Shown: in pieces, positions 41,573 to 51,860 of the stretch | Position numbering within the stretch: position 1 is the first letter of the stretch | How the letters are laid out: each line of letters opens with the position of its first letter | Origin: Candidatus Omnitrophota bacterium | GTDB lineage: Bacteria > Ratteibacteria > UBA8468 > B48-G9 > DTJG01 | Length of the DNA stretch: 64,000 nt | Reading direction: 5' to 3' | NCBI GenBank assembly: GCA_023819255.1 | Contig: JAMWBU010000001.1 | Coordinates: 16,348-80,347, forward strand | Notes under the pieces: model-generated | Told to the model about the DNA's origin: nothing | What the model saw: the letters and a program-made list of their open reading frames with translations, nothing else | The model's database searches: none | Program-made: the position numbers and the translations under genes

Positions 41573-44329
41573 TTATTTTTTCTTTTTCCTGATATCTTTC
41601 TTTTCTTCCACCGCTGCCTGGGCCGCGGCGTGTTTCGCGATACACACTCTAAAAGGAGAGCAGGAAACATAGTTCATTCCGACCCTGTGGCAGAATTTTA
41701 CTGAATCCGGGTCTCCGCCGTGTTCGCCGCATATGCCGACCTTAAGATTGTTTCTTGTTGCTCTGCCCCTTTGAATGCCTGTGGAAATGAGTTCTCCAAT
41801 GCCTTCCTGATCAATGGTCTGGAACGGGTCGGATGGAAGGATTTTTTCTCCAATGTAGTCGGGTAAAAAACCGCCTATGTCGTCTCTGGAAAAGCCGAAC
41901 CCCATCTGTGTGAGGTCGTTTGTTCCAAAAGAGAAAAACTCTGCGACTTCAGCCATTCTGCCGGCTGTAAGTGCCGCTCTCGGAATTTCTATCATTGTTC
42001 CGAACATAAAAGGTATCTTTTTCAGGCCGAGATGCGAGCATACTTCTTTATAGACACGGTCGAAGATTTTTCTTTGATGGGTGAGCTCGTTAACAGAGCA
42101 AGTGACAGGGATCATTATTTCTGGCAATGCTTTCTTTCCCGAGAGGATCAGCTCTCCTGCTGCCTCGAGGATAGCCCGAAACTGCATTTCAGAGATTTCG
42201 GGATAAGTGATGCCGAGTCTAACCCCTCTGTGTCCGAGCATCGGGTTGCTTTCTCTCAATGAATCTGCTCGCCTTCTCAATTCTTCGATATTTATATTGA
42301 GTTCCCTGCCAAGGGCTAAAAGTTTTTCTTCATCATGAGGAACAAATTCATGAAGTGGCGGGTCGAGCAATCGAATCGTTACCGGATAACCATTCATAAC
42401 TTCAAGCGTGGCTTTTATATCATTTTTCACAAATGGGAAAAGTTCGTCGAGAGCTTTTTTTCTTTCTTCTACCGTTTTGCTCATAATCATTTTTCTGAGC
42501 AAAAACAAAGGTTTATCGCTGCCTTCTCCATAAAACATGTGTTCTGTTCTGAAAAGACCTATGCCTTCCGCTCCGAATTTTAAGGCTTTTCCCGCATCCT
42601 CAGGAGTATCAGCATTGGCGCGTACTTTTAATTTCCTCACCCTGTCGATTATTTTCATAAATTCGCCATAAGATTGATTGTGATCAAGGTCAATATCCAC
42701 AAGAGGCAATTTTCCATTATAAACAAGTCCCTTTGTGCCATTGAGCGAGATCCATTCACCTTCGCTTATTACACTGCCACTTTTTGTTCTGAAAGATTTG
42801 TTATCAGCCGCCAATTCTATATCCGAACAACCTACAATGCAGCACTTGCCCCATCCTCTGGCCACCAGCGCCGCATGAGATGTCATTCCGCCTTTGCTCG
42901 TGAGTATCGCCTGGGCTTTGTGCATACCATCCACGTCTTCAGGAGAAGTTTCTTCTCTTACAAGTATTACTTTTTCTCCACGTTGCGCCCATTCAACTGC
43001 GTCTTTTGATGTAAAAACGACTCTGCCAATGGCTCCGCCAGGGCCGGCAGGCAATCCTTTTGCTATGGGTTTTGTTGTTGCTTCTGCTTTTGGATCGATC
43101 ATCGGCAAAAGCAGTTCAACAAGTTGTGATGGCGCGACCCTCATTACGGCTGTTTCAGCATCGATGAGTTTTTCTCTGTGCATATCGGCAGCCATTCTGA
43201 CGGCCGCGACGCCGTTTCTTTTTCCTACTCTGCATTGAAGTATGAAGAGCCGTCCTTTTTCAATTGTAAATTCAATGTCCTGCATATCTCTGTAGTGCTT
43301 TTCAAGTTTTTTCTGAATCCTGTCGAGCTGTTTGTATACATCTGGCATCAGGGATTCAAGAGTCGGCAGGTGTTTGCTCTGTTCATTTTTTGAATACTGG
43401 TTGATCGGCGCAGGAGTTCTAATACCCGCAACCACATCTTCTCCCTGAGCATTAACAAGGTATTCGCCATAGAACTGGTGTTCGCCTGTTCCCGGGTTTC
43501 TGGTAAAGGCAACTCCTGTGGCGGAATCATCGCCCATATTTCCAAAAACCATCGTCTGGACGTTAACAGCTGTTCCCCAGTCATCAGGTATTTTTTCTAT
43601 GCGCCTGTATTCAACCGCGCGTTTGCCATTCCACGAAGCAAAAACGGCTCCAATGCCGCCCCAGAGTTGTTCAACAGGATCATCCGGGAATTCTCTTCCA
43701 AATTTTTCTTTAACGAGATGCTTAAACTCTTTAATTAAAAGATTCAGGTCTTCTACTGTTAACTCTGTATCGCTTTTGTAGTTTTTTTGTTTTTTGAGTT
43801 CTTCGAGTTTCTCGTCCATAAGTTTTCTTACGCCTTTGCCATCTTCGGGTTCGATGCCCTGGGCTTTTTCCATTACAACATCAGAATACATCATAATCAG
43901 TCTTCTATAGGCATCATATACGAATCTTTCATTGCCGCCGCTCTGTTTTATCAATCCCGGAATGGTTTTACTGGTGAGGCCGATATTCAGGACTGTTTCC
44001 ATCATTCCAGGCATTGACCTTCTTGCGCCGGAACGAACAGAAACAAGCAATGGATTTTCAGGGTCTCCGAATGAGCGACCCATAAGTTTTTCAACTTTTT
44101 TTAGAGCGGTTTGAACCTCTTTCTTCAAAGTTTTTGGATAGTTTTTTTTGTTCTTATAATAATATGTGCAAACCTCAGTTGTGATCGTGAATCCTGGTGG
44201 AACAGGTAATTGTAGATCAGGATGGCCGGCCATTTCCGCAAGGTTTGCTCCCTTGCCACCCAGAAGTTCCTTCATTTTTTCATTGCCGTCTGCTTTTCCG
44301 CCTCCAAAAAAATATACATATTTTGCCAT
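41573..44329 (-). CDS. ppdK: Pyruvate, phosphate dikinase
   Basis: MAKYVYFFGGGKADGNEKMKELLGGKGANLAEM N-terminus, phosphohistidine domain (GGMTSHAALVARGWG) and C-terminal PEP-utilising domain. 918 aa. Confidence 0.95.
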   Translation of the reverse strand: MAKYVYFFGGGKADGNEKMKELLGGKGANLAEMAGHPDLQLPVPPGFTITTEVCTYYYKNKKNYPKTLKKEVQTALKKVEKLMGRSFGDPENPLLVSVRSGARRSMPGMMETVLNIGLTSKTIPGLIKQSGGNERFVYDAYRRLIMMYSDVVMEKAQGIEPEDGKGVRKLMDEKLEELKKQKNYKSDTELTVEDLNLLIKEFKHLVKEKFGREFPDDPVEQLWGGIGAVFASWNGKRAVEYRRIEKIPDDWGTAVNVQTMVFGNMGDDSATGVAFTRNPGTGEHQFYGEYLVNAQGEDVVAGIRTPAPINQYSKNEQSKHLPTLESLMPDVYKQLDRIQKKLEKHYRDMQDIEFTIEKGRLFILQCRVGKRNGVAAVRMAADMHREKLIDAETAVMRVAPSQLVELLLPMIDPKAEATTKPIAKGLPAGPGGAIGRVVFTSKDAVEWAQRGEKVILVREETSPEDVDGMHKAQAILTSKGGMTSHAALVARGWGKCCIVGCSDIELAADNKSFRTKSGSVISEGEWISLNGTKGLVYNGKLPLVDIDLDHNQSYGEFMKIIDRVRKLKVRANADTPEDAGKALKFGAEGIGLFRTEHMFYGEGSDKPLFLLRKMIMSKTVEERKKALDELFPFVKNDIKATLEVMNGYPVTIRLLDPPLHEFVPHDEEKLLALGRELNINIEELRRRADSLRESNPMLGHRGVRLGITYPEISEMQFRAILEAAGELILSGKKALPEIMIPVTCSVNELTHQRKIFDRVYKEVCSHLGLKKIPFMFGTMIEIPRAALTAGRMAEVAEFFSFGTNDLTQMGFGFSRDDIGGFLPDYIGEKILPSDPFQTIDQEGIGELISTGIQRGRATRNNLKVGICGEHGGDPDSVKFCHRVGMNYVSCSPFRVCIAKHAAAQAAVEEKKDIRKKKK

Positions 44330-44377
44330 TTTATCTTTCCTCCCTTATGAAAATAAGCTGCGGTGAGTAAAAAAATT

Positions 44378-45307
44378 TTATACCTTTTTGAGAATTTCGT
44401 CAAATTCTGTCGATTCAAAAAATTTCTTCATTTTAGCGATGTCATTTCTTATGGCTTCAACCAGCGCTTTAGCATTATTAAATCTTTCAGGATTTCTTAT
44501 TTTTATCAGAGGGATAACTTCGAAATTTTTGCCGTATGAATCGCCTATTTCAATATTCGGAATATGCACTTCAAATGAAACTGTATTAAATGTTAAGGGT
44601 TTCCCGTAGAAAAAAATAGCTCTGTAAAATCTGCGTCGTAATCTAACCAGACAGACGTAAATTCCTTCCGAAAGAGGATTACTTCTGTTTTCAATTTGAA
44701 GATTTATTGTGGGGAAGCCTATGCTTTTGCCTTTTCCGCGTCCTGAAATGCATTTGCCTTTCAGCGAGTACCATCTTCCCAGCATTTTTCTCGCCTCAGA
44801 AAATTTTGAGGATTTAATCAGCCGTTTTATTTTGCTGCTGCTTACAACCTTACCTTCTATTACCACCGGACTGAATAATTTAATGGCTGCTCCACTCTGC
44901 TTCGCCCACGATTTGAGAAACTCAATATTGCCTTTTCGATGAAATCCGAACCTGAAGTCATGTCCAACAACGATTCCTTTAATTTTGAATAACTCAGAAA
45001 GTTTTTTCAAAAAATTCTGGTGCGAGATTTTCTGTATTTCGATGAATTCAGCCCAGATGCATAATTCGATGCCACTGTTTTTTAAGGCATTCAGTCTTTC
45101 ATTCCAGGTGTTCAAAATTGAAATAGCAGGGTAGTTTTTTATCGTGAAAATTGCAGGCGTGCAATCATAGATTTTTGACATTTCAATTATTTCGCTGACA
45201 ATCTTCTGATGCCCTATGTGAAAGCCATCAAATTTTCCTATGCCAATTACGCATTGTATTATTTTTTCGCTTTTAAAATGGTTTATATTGACAATCTTCA
45301 TTTTCAT
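44378..45307 (-). CDS. ribF: Bifunctional riboflavin kinase / FMN adenylyltransferase
   Basis: N-terminal nucleotidyltransferase (GKFDGFHIGHQ) and C-terminal riboflavin kinase domain (GRGKGKSIGFPTINL). Confidence 0.85.
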   Translation of the reverse strand: MKMKIVNINHFKSEKIIQCVIGIGKFDGFHIGHQKIVSEIIEMSKIYDCTPAIFTIKNYPAISILNTWNERLNALKNSGIELCIWAEFIEIQKISHQNFLKKLSELFKIKGIVVGHDFRFGFHRKGNIEFLKSWAKQSGAAIKLFSPVVIEGKVVSSSKIKRLIKSSKFSEARKMLGRWYSLKGKCISGRGKGKSIGFPTINLQIENRSNPLSEGIYVCLVRLRRRFYRAIFFYGKPLTFNTVSFEVHIPNIEIGDSYGKNFEVIPLIKIRNPERFNNAKALVEAIRNDIAKMKKFFESTEFDEILKKV

Positions 45308-45327
45308 AATTTAATAAGTTATTAACT

Positions 45328-46440
45328 TCATAACATCATTGAAAAAATTTCAACAAAATCGTTCTTGCTGAATGTTGTTTTCATGTTTTTAAAAGCCCTT
45401 TCGCATCCTTTGACCGCCATTTCCGCCAGGATTGGAATATCTTTTTCCTTTACATTGACTTCCCGTAATGTTAGGGGCAGTCGCATTTGTTTATACATGG
45501 TGAAGATGGAGTCGATACTCAGGATTTTTTCAATTTCTTCAACTTCTTCTTTATAGGTGTGTGTTTTCAAAAACTGTAATGAATAAGGAAGACAGAGGGC
45601 ATTTGCTTTTCCATGGTGAATTTTGTATCTTATTGTTAATCCGTATGCCATACCATGGATGAAGATTGTGCCGGTGTGATTAATAACGAAACCTGCGTAC
45701 AATGATCCCAGAAAAACCTTTTCGGCGTGCTCAAGGGATCGATCACTTGCTTTAACGATGTTTTCCCCAATTAACCTGGTCGACTCTCGTGAAAAAATCC
45801 GTGTGAGATGGTTTGCTTTTTTTGAAAGGAATCCTTCTATTGCATGGCAGAGAGCATCCATACCGGTGCCTGCGATAAGTGAGCCATCAAGTGTGTTCAA
45901 AACCAGAGGATCAAGAATAGCCATTTTTGGAATTATTTTTTCGGATGAAACAGTTTTTTTTGTATTTGCATCATTATCAATGATTACTGCGTATTTTGTG
46001 ACCTCGCTGCCGCTTCCGCAGGTTGTTGGTAAAGCAATAACAGGAACAGGTTCGTTCTGAAATTTTTCTTCTCCAAAATAATCCTGAAGTTTTCCTTCGT
46101 TTCTTATTAAAACAGCAGCGGCTTTAGCAACATCCATTGCGCTACCTCCGCCAATCGCTATAATCAGATCAGCACCACATATTTTGCCGATATGTGCGGC
46201 CTTTGCACAATCATCTATAGATGGCTCAGGTGTGACTTCTTCAAAAAGATGAAAATTCATCTTGATATCCTTCAGTGCATTACATACTGAATCAAGCAGA
46301 CCTGTGGAACGGGCGAATCTTCTACCTGTAATAACAAGAGCTGTTTTACCAAATTTTGAAACCTCCGAAAGATTATTTATTATGCTTTCTTTGCCAAATA
46401 TCACTTTTGTCGGTAGGAAAAACTTTATATCGTTTAACAT
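45328..46440 (-). CDS. Iron-containing (group III) alcohol dehydrogenase
   Basis: GGGSAMDVAKAAA nucleotide-binding motif and His metal ligands (HGMAYG…HH). Confidence 0.8.
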   Translation of the reverse strand: MLNDIKFFLPTKVIFGKESIINNLSEVSKFGKTALVITGRRFARSTGLLDSVCNALKDIKMNFHLFEEVTPEPSIDDCAKAAHIGKICGADLIIAIGGGSAMDVAKAAAVLIRNEGKLQDYFGEEKFQNEPVPVIALPTTCGSGSEVTKYAVIIDNDANTKKTVSSEKIIPKMAILDPLVLNTLDGSLIAGTGMDALCHAIEGFLSKKANHLTRIFSRESTRLIGENIVKASDRSLEHAEKVFLGSLYAGFVINHTGTIFIHGMAYGLTIRYKIHHGKANALCLPYSLQFLKTHTYKEEVEEIEKILSIDSIFTMYKQMRLPLTLREVNVKEKDIPILAEMAVKGCERAFKNMKTTFSKNDFVEIFSMML

Positions 46441-47621
46441 ATCTTTTCTCCTGTGATTACTCTTTCAATGCTTATTACAGGGACAGAAGCCGGATAGTCA
46501 GGAAATGGTCCCTGTCTGGATTTATTTCTTTTAAGTTTAGACATATCGCCATCCACCGGATTATAGAATTCCCAGAATTTTCCAGTAGATTTGAATATTT
46601 CATTAATATTTTCAATACATTTTTTTGCGATATTGACTGCCAGGTCATTGAAACCATATCTTTGAAGACCCGCGCAAATCCAGAATGTTTCAGAAGGCCA
46701 CATACAACCACGCCACAGGTCAAGTTCAAATTTTGGTTCTGAAAGCGAAACAGCAGGTATACCTTTTGTTCCAGCGAATTCTTTTGGATTTTCCAGCAAA
46801 GATACAATTCTATGTGCATCTTCGGTTGAAGCCAGACCGCTTATCAAAGGCCAGAAAGACGCTGTTGTTTTCTTTGCGTTCATGCCTGTAAGGTCGTAGT
46901 CACAATAAGCACCAACAATTTCATCCCAGAAATATCGCAGCACAATGGTTTTCAACTCCTGGTGCGCAATTGTAAGTTTTTGTTTCTCTTTTTGCCTATC
47001 GAGTTTGTCAGCAAAAAAAATAAGATTTTCTATGTATAACAGGATCTGACAGTTAAGGTCGATACAGGGAAAAGGACCTAGTTCAGTGAAATCCCAGCGT
47101 GGAGAATTTTCATAACCTGACTCAGGGGAGTTTTTCTCATCCGGAAAGCTGTCAAAGTACCAGAATAAGCCAATTCTATCTTTTCTGTTTTCTTCCCACC
47201 ATTTTAGATTTCTCATTCCTGACTCAAAACAAAAAATGGCGAATTTTTCGTCCCACTTCTTTTCTATAATTTTTTTTGCGACAAAGTTCCATACAGGCGG
47301 ATGACTGTATTTATAAATTCTTCCTTTTTCTGTGGACGAATAAAGAGCGTCTGATTTAGCAATGACCCTGGCTGCCAGCATGCTATTATCTTCTTTCATA
47401 GAATATTTGAGATACTGAATAATAAGATGCTTTGCCTGTTCTATATTATACTGGGCTATTTCATGAGCGATTACAGGGGTTTCCCATCCCCCAAATCCCT
47501 TAACGGGATAACATTTTCCGATTGAAATCCATTCCCCTTCGAATGGATATTCTGCCCGGTATGTTGCATCGTCGACAATTTTTTTCCAGTAAGCAATCGT
47601 GTTCATTTGAGCATTCCTCAT
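46434..47621 (-). CDS. (alpha/alpha)6-barrel glycoside hydrolase-like protein (GH63/MGH-like; family assignment tentative)
   Basis: ESGYENSPRWD-type acidic motif and Trp-rich composition typical of GH63/GH37-clan hydrolases. 395 aa. Confidence 0.4.
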   Translation of the reverse strand: MRNAQMNTIAYWKKIVDDATYRAEYPFEGEWISIGKCYPVKGFGGWETPVIAHEIAQYNIEQAKHLIIQYLKYSMKEDNSMLAARVIAKSDALYSSTEKGRIYKYSHPPVWNFVAKKIIEKKWDEKFAIFCFESGMRNLKWWEENRKDRIGLFWYFDSFPDEKNSPESGYENSPRWDFTELGPFPCIDLNCQILLYIENLIFFADKLDRQKEKQKLTIAHQELKTIVLRYFWDEIVGAYCDYDLTGMNAKKTTASFWPLISGLASTEDAHRIVSLLENPKEFAGTKGIPAVSLSEPKFELDLWRGCMWPSETFWICAGLQRYGFNDLAVNIAKKCIENINEIFKSTGKFWEFYNPVDGDMSKLKRNKSRQGPFPDYPASVPVISIERVITGEKIC

Positions 47622-47781
47622 ACCAGATTGATTTCTTTATAGCATTGTTGCTCTGCTTGTTTCATTTGCATTCCCCTGAGAAAGGGAAATGCGAAGGTAG
47701 ATTTGATATTTTTCGAAATCAATCAGTGTTTTTATAATTTTATCGTAAATTTATTATTTCCAGATAAAAACATCTGTATTA

Positions 47782-48870
47782 TCACAAATCCTCATTTCCC
47801 TTAGGATAGGATCCTAAAATTTTGAGGAATGTACAGTTTTTCTCAAGTTCCTCAAGCGCCTTTCGGACATTGACATCATCTCTGTGCCCGATAAAATCCA
47901 TAAAGAAAATATATTCCCATGCCTTTTTCTTTGTTGGTCTGGATTCAATTCTTGTTAAATTAATTCCATATTTTTTAAATGGCACAAGCATATCATGAAG
48001 AGCTCCAACTCTATCTTTTACAGAAAACATCACAGATGTTTTATCATCATTGCTTGGCCTGGAATCCGTTCTGCCAATTACGAGAAACCTCGTGACATTT
48101 CCCCTGTAATCCTCGATGTTTGATGCGACGATACGCATTTTGTAAAGGGTTGCAGCGATTGCAGAACCTATTGCAGCAGTGCCCTTCCTTTTGCTTGCCA
48201 GATTTACTGCATACGCGGTGCTCTCAGTTTCTATAAGTTCAGTGGAAGGAAGATTTTCTTCAATCCATCTTTTGCATTGCGCAAGAGCCTGAGAATGAGA
48301 ATAAACCTTTTTAATCTTTTTTATCGTGGATTCTCTGGAAAGCAAGCAATGATGAATTTTTATTATGATTTCGGCTGCGATCTTCAGATTGCTGTCAACA
48401 AACATATCAAGAGTATGAGTGACAATGCCTTCATTTGAGTTTTCAACCGGAACAACTCCGTAATCCGCATTTCCTTTTTCAACCTGTCTGAACACATATT
48501 CAATTGTTCTGCACGATGCATAAGTATTCTTTTCTCCAAATTGATACAGGGCCGCTTGATGAGTAAATGTTCCGGCTGGTCCAAAGTATGCTACAGTAAG
48601 GGGCCTGTAGAGAGACCTGTACATCTTTAAGATTTCATACATTATGTTTTCTATATCTTGATTTGATAACGGTCCTTTGTTGAGGTTTCTGATTCTGGTA
48701 ATAATTTTTCTTTCTCTTGCAGGGTCGAATGCCGGGAGGTTAGTATTTTCTTTCACTTTGCTGATATTGCGAACAACTTCTGCCCTTTCGTTTAGTAGTT
48801 TTACCAATTCACTATCAATCCTGTCAATCTGTTTTCTTAACATATCAAGTTCCATTTTATTCATTGCCAT
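47782..48870 (-). CDS. pheA: Bifunctional chorismate mutase / prephenate dehydratase (P-protein) with ACT domain
   Basis: N-terminal CM_2 (LDMLRKQIDRIDSELVKLLNERAEVV), PDT domain and C-terminal ACT. Confidence 0.85.
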   Translation of the reverse strand: MAMNKMELDMLRKQIDRIDSELVKLLNERAEVVRNISKVKENTNLPAFDPARERKIITRIRNLNKGPLSNQDIENIMYEILKMYRSLYRPLTVAYFGPAGTFTHQAALYQFGEKNTYASCRTIEYVFRQVEKGNADYGVVPVENSNEGIVTHTLDMFVDSNLKIAAEIIIKIHHCLLSRESTIKKIKKVYSHSQALAQCKRWIEENLPSTELIETESTAYAVNLASKRKGTAAIGSAIAATLYKMRIVASNIEDYRGNVTRFLVIGRTDSRPSNDDKTSVMFSVKDRVGALHDMLVPFKKYGINLTRIESRPTKKKAWEYIFFMDFIGHRDDVNVRKALEELEKNCTFLKILGSYPKGNEDL

Positions 48871-49925
48871 TTCTCCCAGTTTGATATAATTTCCTCGGGT
48901 GTAATTTCAATCCCTGTTTTAACAGCACCTATTCTCACGGGCAACACAAATCTATATCTGCCGTCTTTTGTTTTTTTATCAAATAGCATTGATTTCGCAG
49001 CCGCTTCGGCTGTAATACCACTTTTAGTTGGGAGACAGTACTTTTCTACCAGAGACTTAACTTTTTCGAATGTTGAATAGGAGCAAATTCCCTTTTTGAA
49101 AGCAAGAAATGTTTCGCCTACCATTCCAACTGAGACAGATTCACCATGATTCAATTTCTTGCTGTTTATTTCTATCGCATGTCCTATGGTATGGCCGAAG
49201 TTTAGAATCTCACGAATACCTTTTTCCTCTTTTTCATCGGTTTCAACTACACGCTTTTTAATCAAAACGCATTCGGGGACAAAATATTTTAGATGTTTGC
49301 GAGTTTCCGATGCGTCTATCTTTATTAGATAATTAAATAACTTTTTGCTTCTGATAACAGCGCTTTTTATAACCTCAGCCATACCCTGAGATATTTCTCT
49401 GTCCGGTAAGGTTTCAAGTGTTGAAAAATCCATCACAACAAAAAACGGCTGATGAAATGCGCCAACGAGATTCTTTCCCCATGGCAGATTTATTGCTGTT
49501 TTTCCGCCAATTGAGGCATCTACCTGCGCCAGCAATGTTGTTGGAATTGATACAAACCGAATACCTCTTAAGTAAATGGATGATACAAAACCAGCAAGAT
49601 CGCAGATAACTCCGCCGCCAAGGGCAACAATAACATCGGTTCTTTCCATACGATACAGAGAACATTCTTTAAGCAGATTGTAAGCGACATTGAATGTTTT
49701 TGAAGATTCCCCTGGTTTTACGGTCAATACCTTAACTTTATTACCTGCTGCTTTTAAAGAATTGACAACGATTTGTGAAAACAGTTTGCCGGCATTTTCA
49801 TCAGTTACTACAAGCACTTTTCCACCGCAGTTATGCTGTTTTATCAGATACCCAAGTTTGCTTAAATGACAATCCAGGTAAACCGGATATTTTTCTTTTT
49901 TAAGAGAAATAATTATTTTTTTCAT
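48861..49925 (-). CDS. aroB: 3-dehydroquinate synthase
   Basis: LGGGVICDLAGFVSS and metal-binding His motifs. 354 aa. Confidence 0.85.
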   Translation of the reverse strand: MKKIIISLKKEKYPVYLDCHLSKLGYLIKQHNCGGKVLVVTDENAGKLFSQIVVNSLKAAGNKVKVLTVKPGESSKTFNVAYNLLKECSLYRMERTDVIVALGGGVICDLAGFVSSIYLRGIRFVSIPTTLLAQVDASIGGKTAINLPWGKNLVGAFHQPFFVVMDFSTLETLPDREISQGMAEVIKSAVIRSKKLFNYLIKIDASETRKHLKYFVPECVLIKKRVVETDEKEEKGIREILNFGHTIGHAIEINSKKLNHGESVSVGMVGETFLAFKKGICSYSTFEKVKSLVEKYCLPTKSGITAEAAAKSMLFDKKTKDGRYRFVLPVRIGAVKTGIEITPEEIISNWEKWQ

Positions 49926-50026
49926 TTTTCAGCTCAAAGAAAATTATAACATATTTTGTTTCTTACAGGGACAAAAAGCGTTAATTTTTTCCAGAGTTGT
50001 AGTATAATAAAAAGCGGGGATATGTC

Positions 50027-51307
50027 ATGATATTCAGGGTAAAAAAAACAGATATCTTAAAAGGTTGTGTTGAGATACCGGCCAGTAAGTCCCACACAAT
50101 AAGGGCAGTGGTGATTGCTTCTCTGTCAGCCGGACAGTCGAAAATTTTTCATCCTCTTGAGTCCCTTGATACGATGGCGGCTGTTAACGCGTGCAGAGCT
50201 TTTGGCGCAAAAATAAGCACTGAAAAAGGTTTCTGGACTGTCGACGGATTTAACAGAAATCAAAAAAGACCTGAAAAAGCACTGGATCTTATGAATTCAG
50301 GAACTTCATTTAATTTAATGTGTGGTGTAGCTGCTCTTGGAAACTTTGATGTTGTACTTGATGGAGACGAATCATTAAGGACAAGACCTGTTGAACCTTT
50401 ATTATCTGCTTTAAGAGAACTTGGCGCAGACGCTTTTTCAATAAATCAAAATGGAAAACCCCCTGTAAAAATAAAAGGTCCTGTATGTGGAGGAAGAGCA
50501 AAGGTTGATGGCATCAACTCGCAATTCGTTTCTTCTTTGCTAATATCTGCTCCTCTGGCTGCTGGTGACACAGAGCTGATTGCCATAAACCTTCATGAGA
50601 TACCTTATGTGAAGATGACTCTTAAATGGCTTGATTCTCAAGGAATAAAATACGAAAAGTCTGAAGACTTATCCCATTTTTATATTAACGGCAAGCAGGA
50701 ATATTTACCCTTTGTGCGGGAAATACCGGGCGACTGGAGTTCTGCCACATTTCCTTTAGTAGCAGCAGCCATTACAGAATCAGATGTTCTTGTGAAAGGG
50801 ATTGATGTTAATGATGTTCAGGGAGACAAAAAGGTTATTGATTATCTTAAACAGTTTGGCGCTTGCGTTAATGAAGAAAAACAGGGAATAAGAGTTACAA
50901 AAGGAGATTTGAAGGGTCTGGAGATGGATTTAAACGCAACACCGGACGCGTTACCTGCTATGGCTGTGCTTGGTTGTGTCGCAGAAGGTTCTACAAAGCT
51001 TTTTAATGTTCCTCAGGCGAGAATAAAAGAGACAGATAGAATCAGGGTAATGGCGCGTGAGCTTTCAAAAATGGGCGCAGATATTCAAGAAATAGAAGAC
51101 GGTTTGATAATTCGAAAAAGTTTCTTGAAAGGCACAGTTGTTGATGGACATAAGGATCACAGGATTGTTATGGCTCTTACTCTTGCAGGATTAATTGCCA
51201 GAGGCGAAACGATTATTACAACTGCTGAATGTGTTTCAATTACATTTCCGGAATTTTTTGAGGTGATGAAGGGACTCGGCGCGAATATTGAAATAGAAAA
51301 CCAGTAG
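50027..51307 (+). CDS. aroA: 3-phosphoshikimate 1-carboxyvinyltransferase (EPSP synthase)
   Basis: N-terminal SKSHTIRAV…, LMNSGTSFNLM and RPVEPLLSAL motifs. 426 aa. Confidence 0.9.
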   Translation: MIFRVKKTDILKGCVEIPASKSHTIRAVVIASLSAGQSKIFHPLESLDTMAAVNACRAFGAKISTEKGFWTVDGFNRNQKRPEKALDLMNSGTSFNLMCGVAALGNFDVVLDGDESLRTRPVEPLLSALRELGADAFSINQNGKPPVKIKGPVCGGRAKVDGINSQFVSSLLISAPLAAGDTELIAINLHEIPYVKMTLKWLDSQGIKYEKSEDLSHFYINGKQEYLPFVREIPGDWSSATFPLVAAAITESDVLVKGIDVNDVQGDKKVIDYLKQFGACVNEEKQGIRVTKGDLKGLEMDLNATPDALPAMAVLGCVAEGSTKLFNVPQARIKETDRIRVMARELSKMGADIQEIEDGLIIRKSFLKGTVVDGHKDHRIVMALTLAGLIARGETIITTAECVSITFPEFFEVMKGLGANIEIENQ

Positions 51308-51352
51308 AAATTAAGTCAGGTGCGGTGCTGTATAAATAAAATCAAAAAGATA

Positions 51353-51856
51353 TTAAAAAGATGCAAGCATCCGCTGAACACTGTCGACGGTTTCATCAAC
51401 AGAAAGCGCAGAAGTATCTATTATTCTATCGGCAAAACGCGAAAAGTCGTGGTCTCTTATCATCTGCCTCATATACGCCAGGGCGTGTTGTTTTTTTATC
51501 AGGGTTTTACTCTCTTTTTCAGGATGCAGGCGAAGTAGTATCACAGCAGGTTCTGCTGTAAACCATATAATGATGCCGTTGTTTTTCAAACTGTATCGCG
51601 ATTTTTCACAAGAAATAGCATCAGGTCCAACTGAAATTAAGCAGTTTTCATAAAGAGCATACTGCTCTATTATTTTGCTTTCGATGTTTCTTAAATATTC
51701 TATTCCCTTAACCTGAGATATATGGGCGATTCTGTCTTTTTCCAGTTGTTCTATTATATGTTCAACATCAATCAACTGCCTGCCCAATCTTTTTGCAAGT
51801 ATTATTGCTGTTTCTTTTCTCCATGTTCCTTTGAATCCTGCAAAAACTATTTTCAC
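51353..51856 (-). CDS. aroK: Shikimate kinase-fold protein with a degenerate Walker A and altered catalytic motifs
   Basis: Collinear with E. coli AroK. The P-loop reads GFKGTWRK instead of GxxGxGKS/T, DSD is DVE and GGG is GPD. Overlaps the aroE stop by 4 nt. Confidence 0.5.
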   Translation of the reverse strand: MKIVFAGFKGTWRKETAIILAKRLGRQLIDVEHIIEQLEKDRIAHISQVKGIEYLRNIESKIIEQYALYENCLISVGPDAISCEKSRYSLKNNGIIIWFTAEPAVILLRLHPEKESKTLIKKQHALAYMRQMIRDHDFSRFADRIIDTSALSVDETVDSVQRMLASF

Positions 51857-51860
51857 TTCT

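Noticed and set aside
47622-47781. Hairpin GCATTCCC-CTGAGAAA-GGGAAATGC downstream of pheA as an intrinsic terminator
   Set aside because: The stem is imperfect and is not followed by a U-run on the transcribed strand, so it is too weak to annotate as a terminator.
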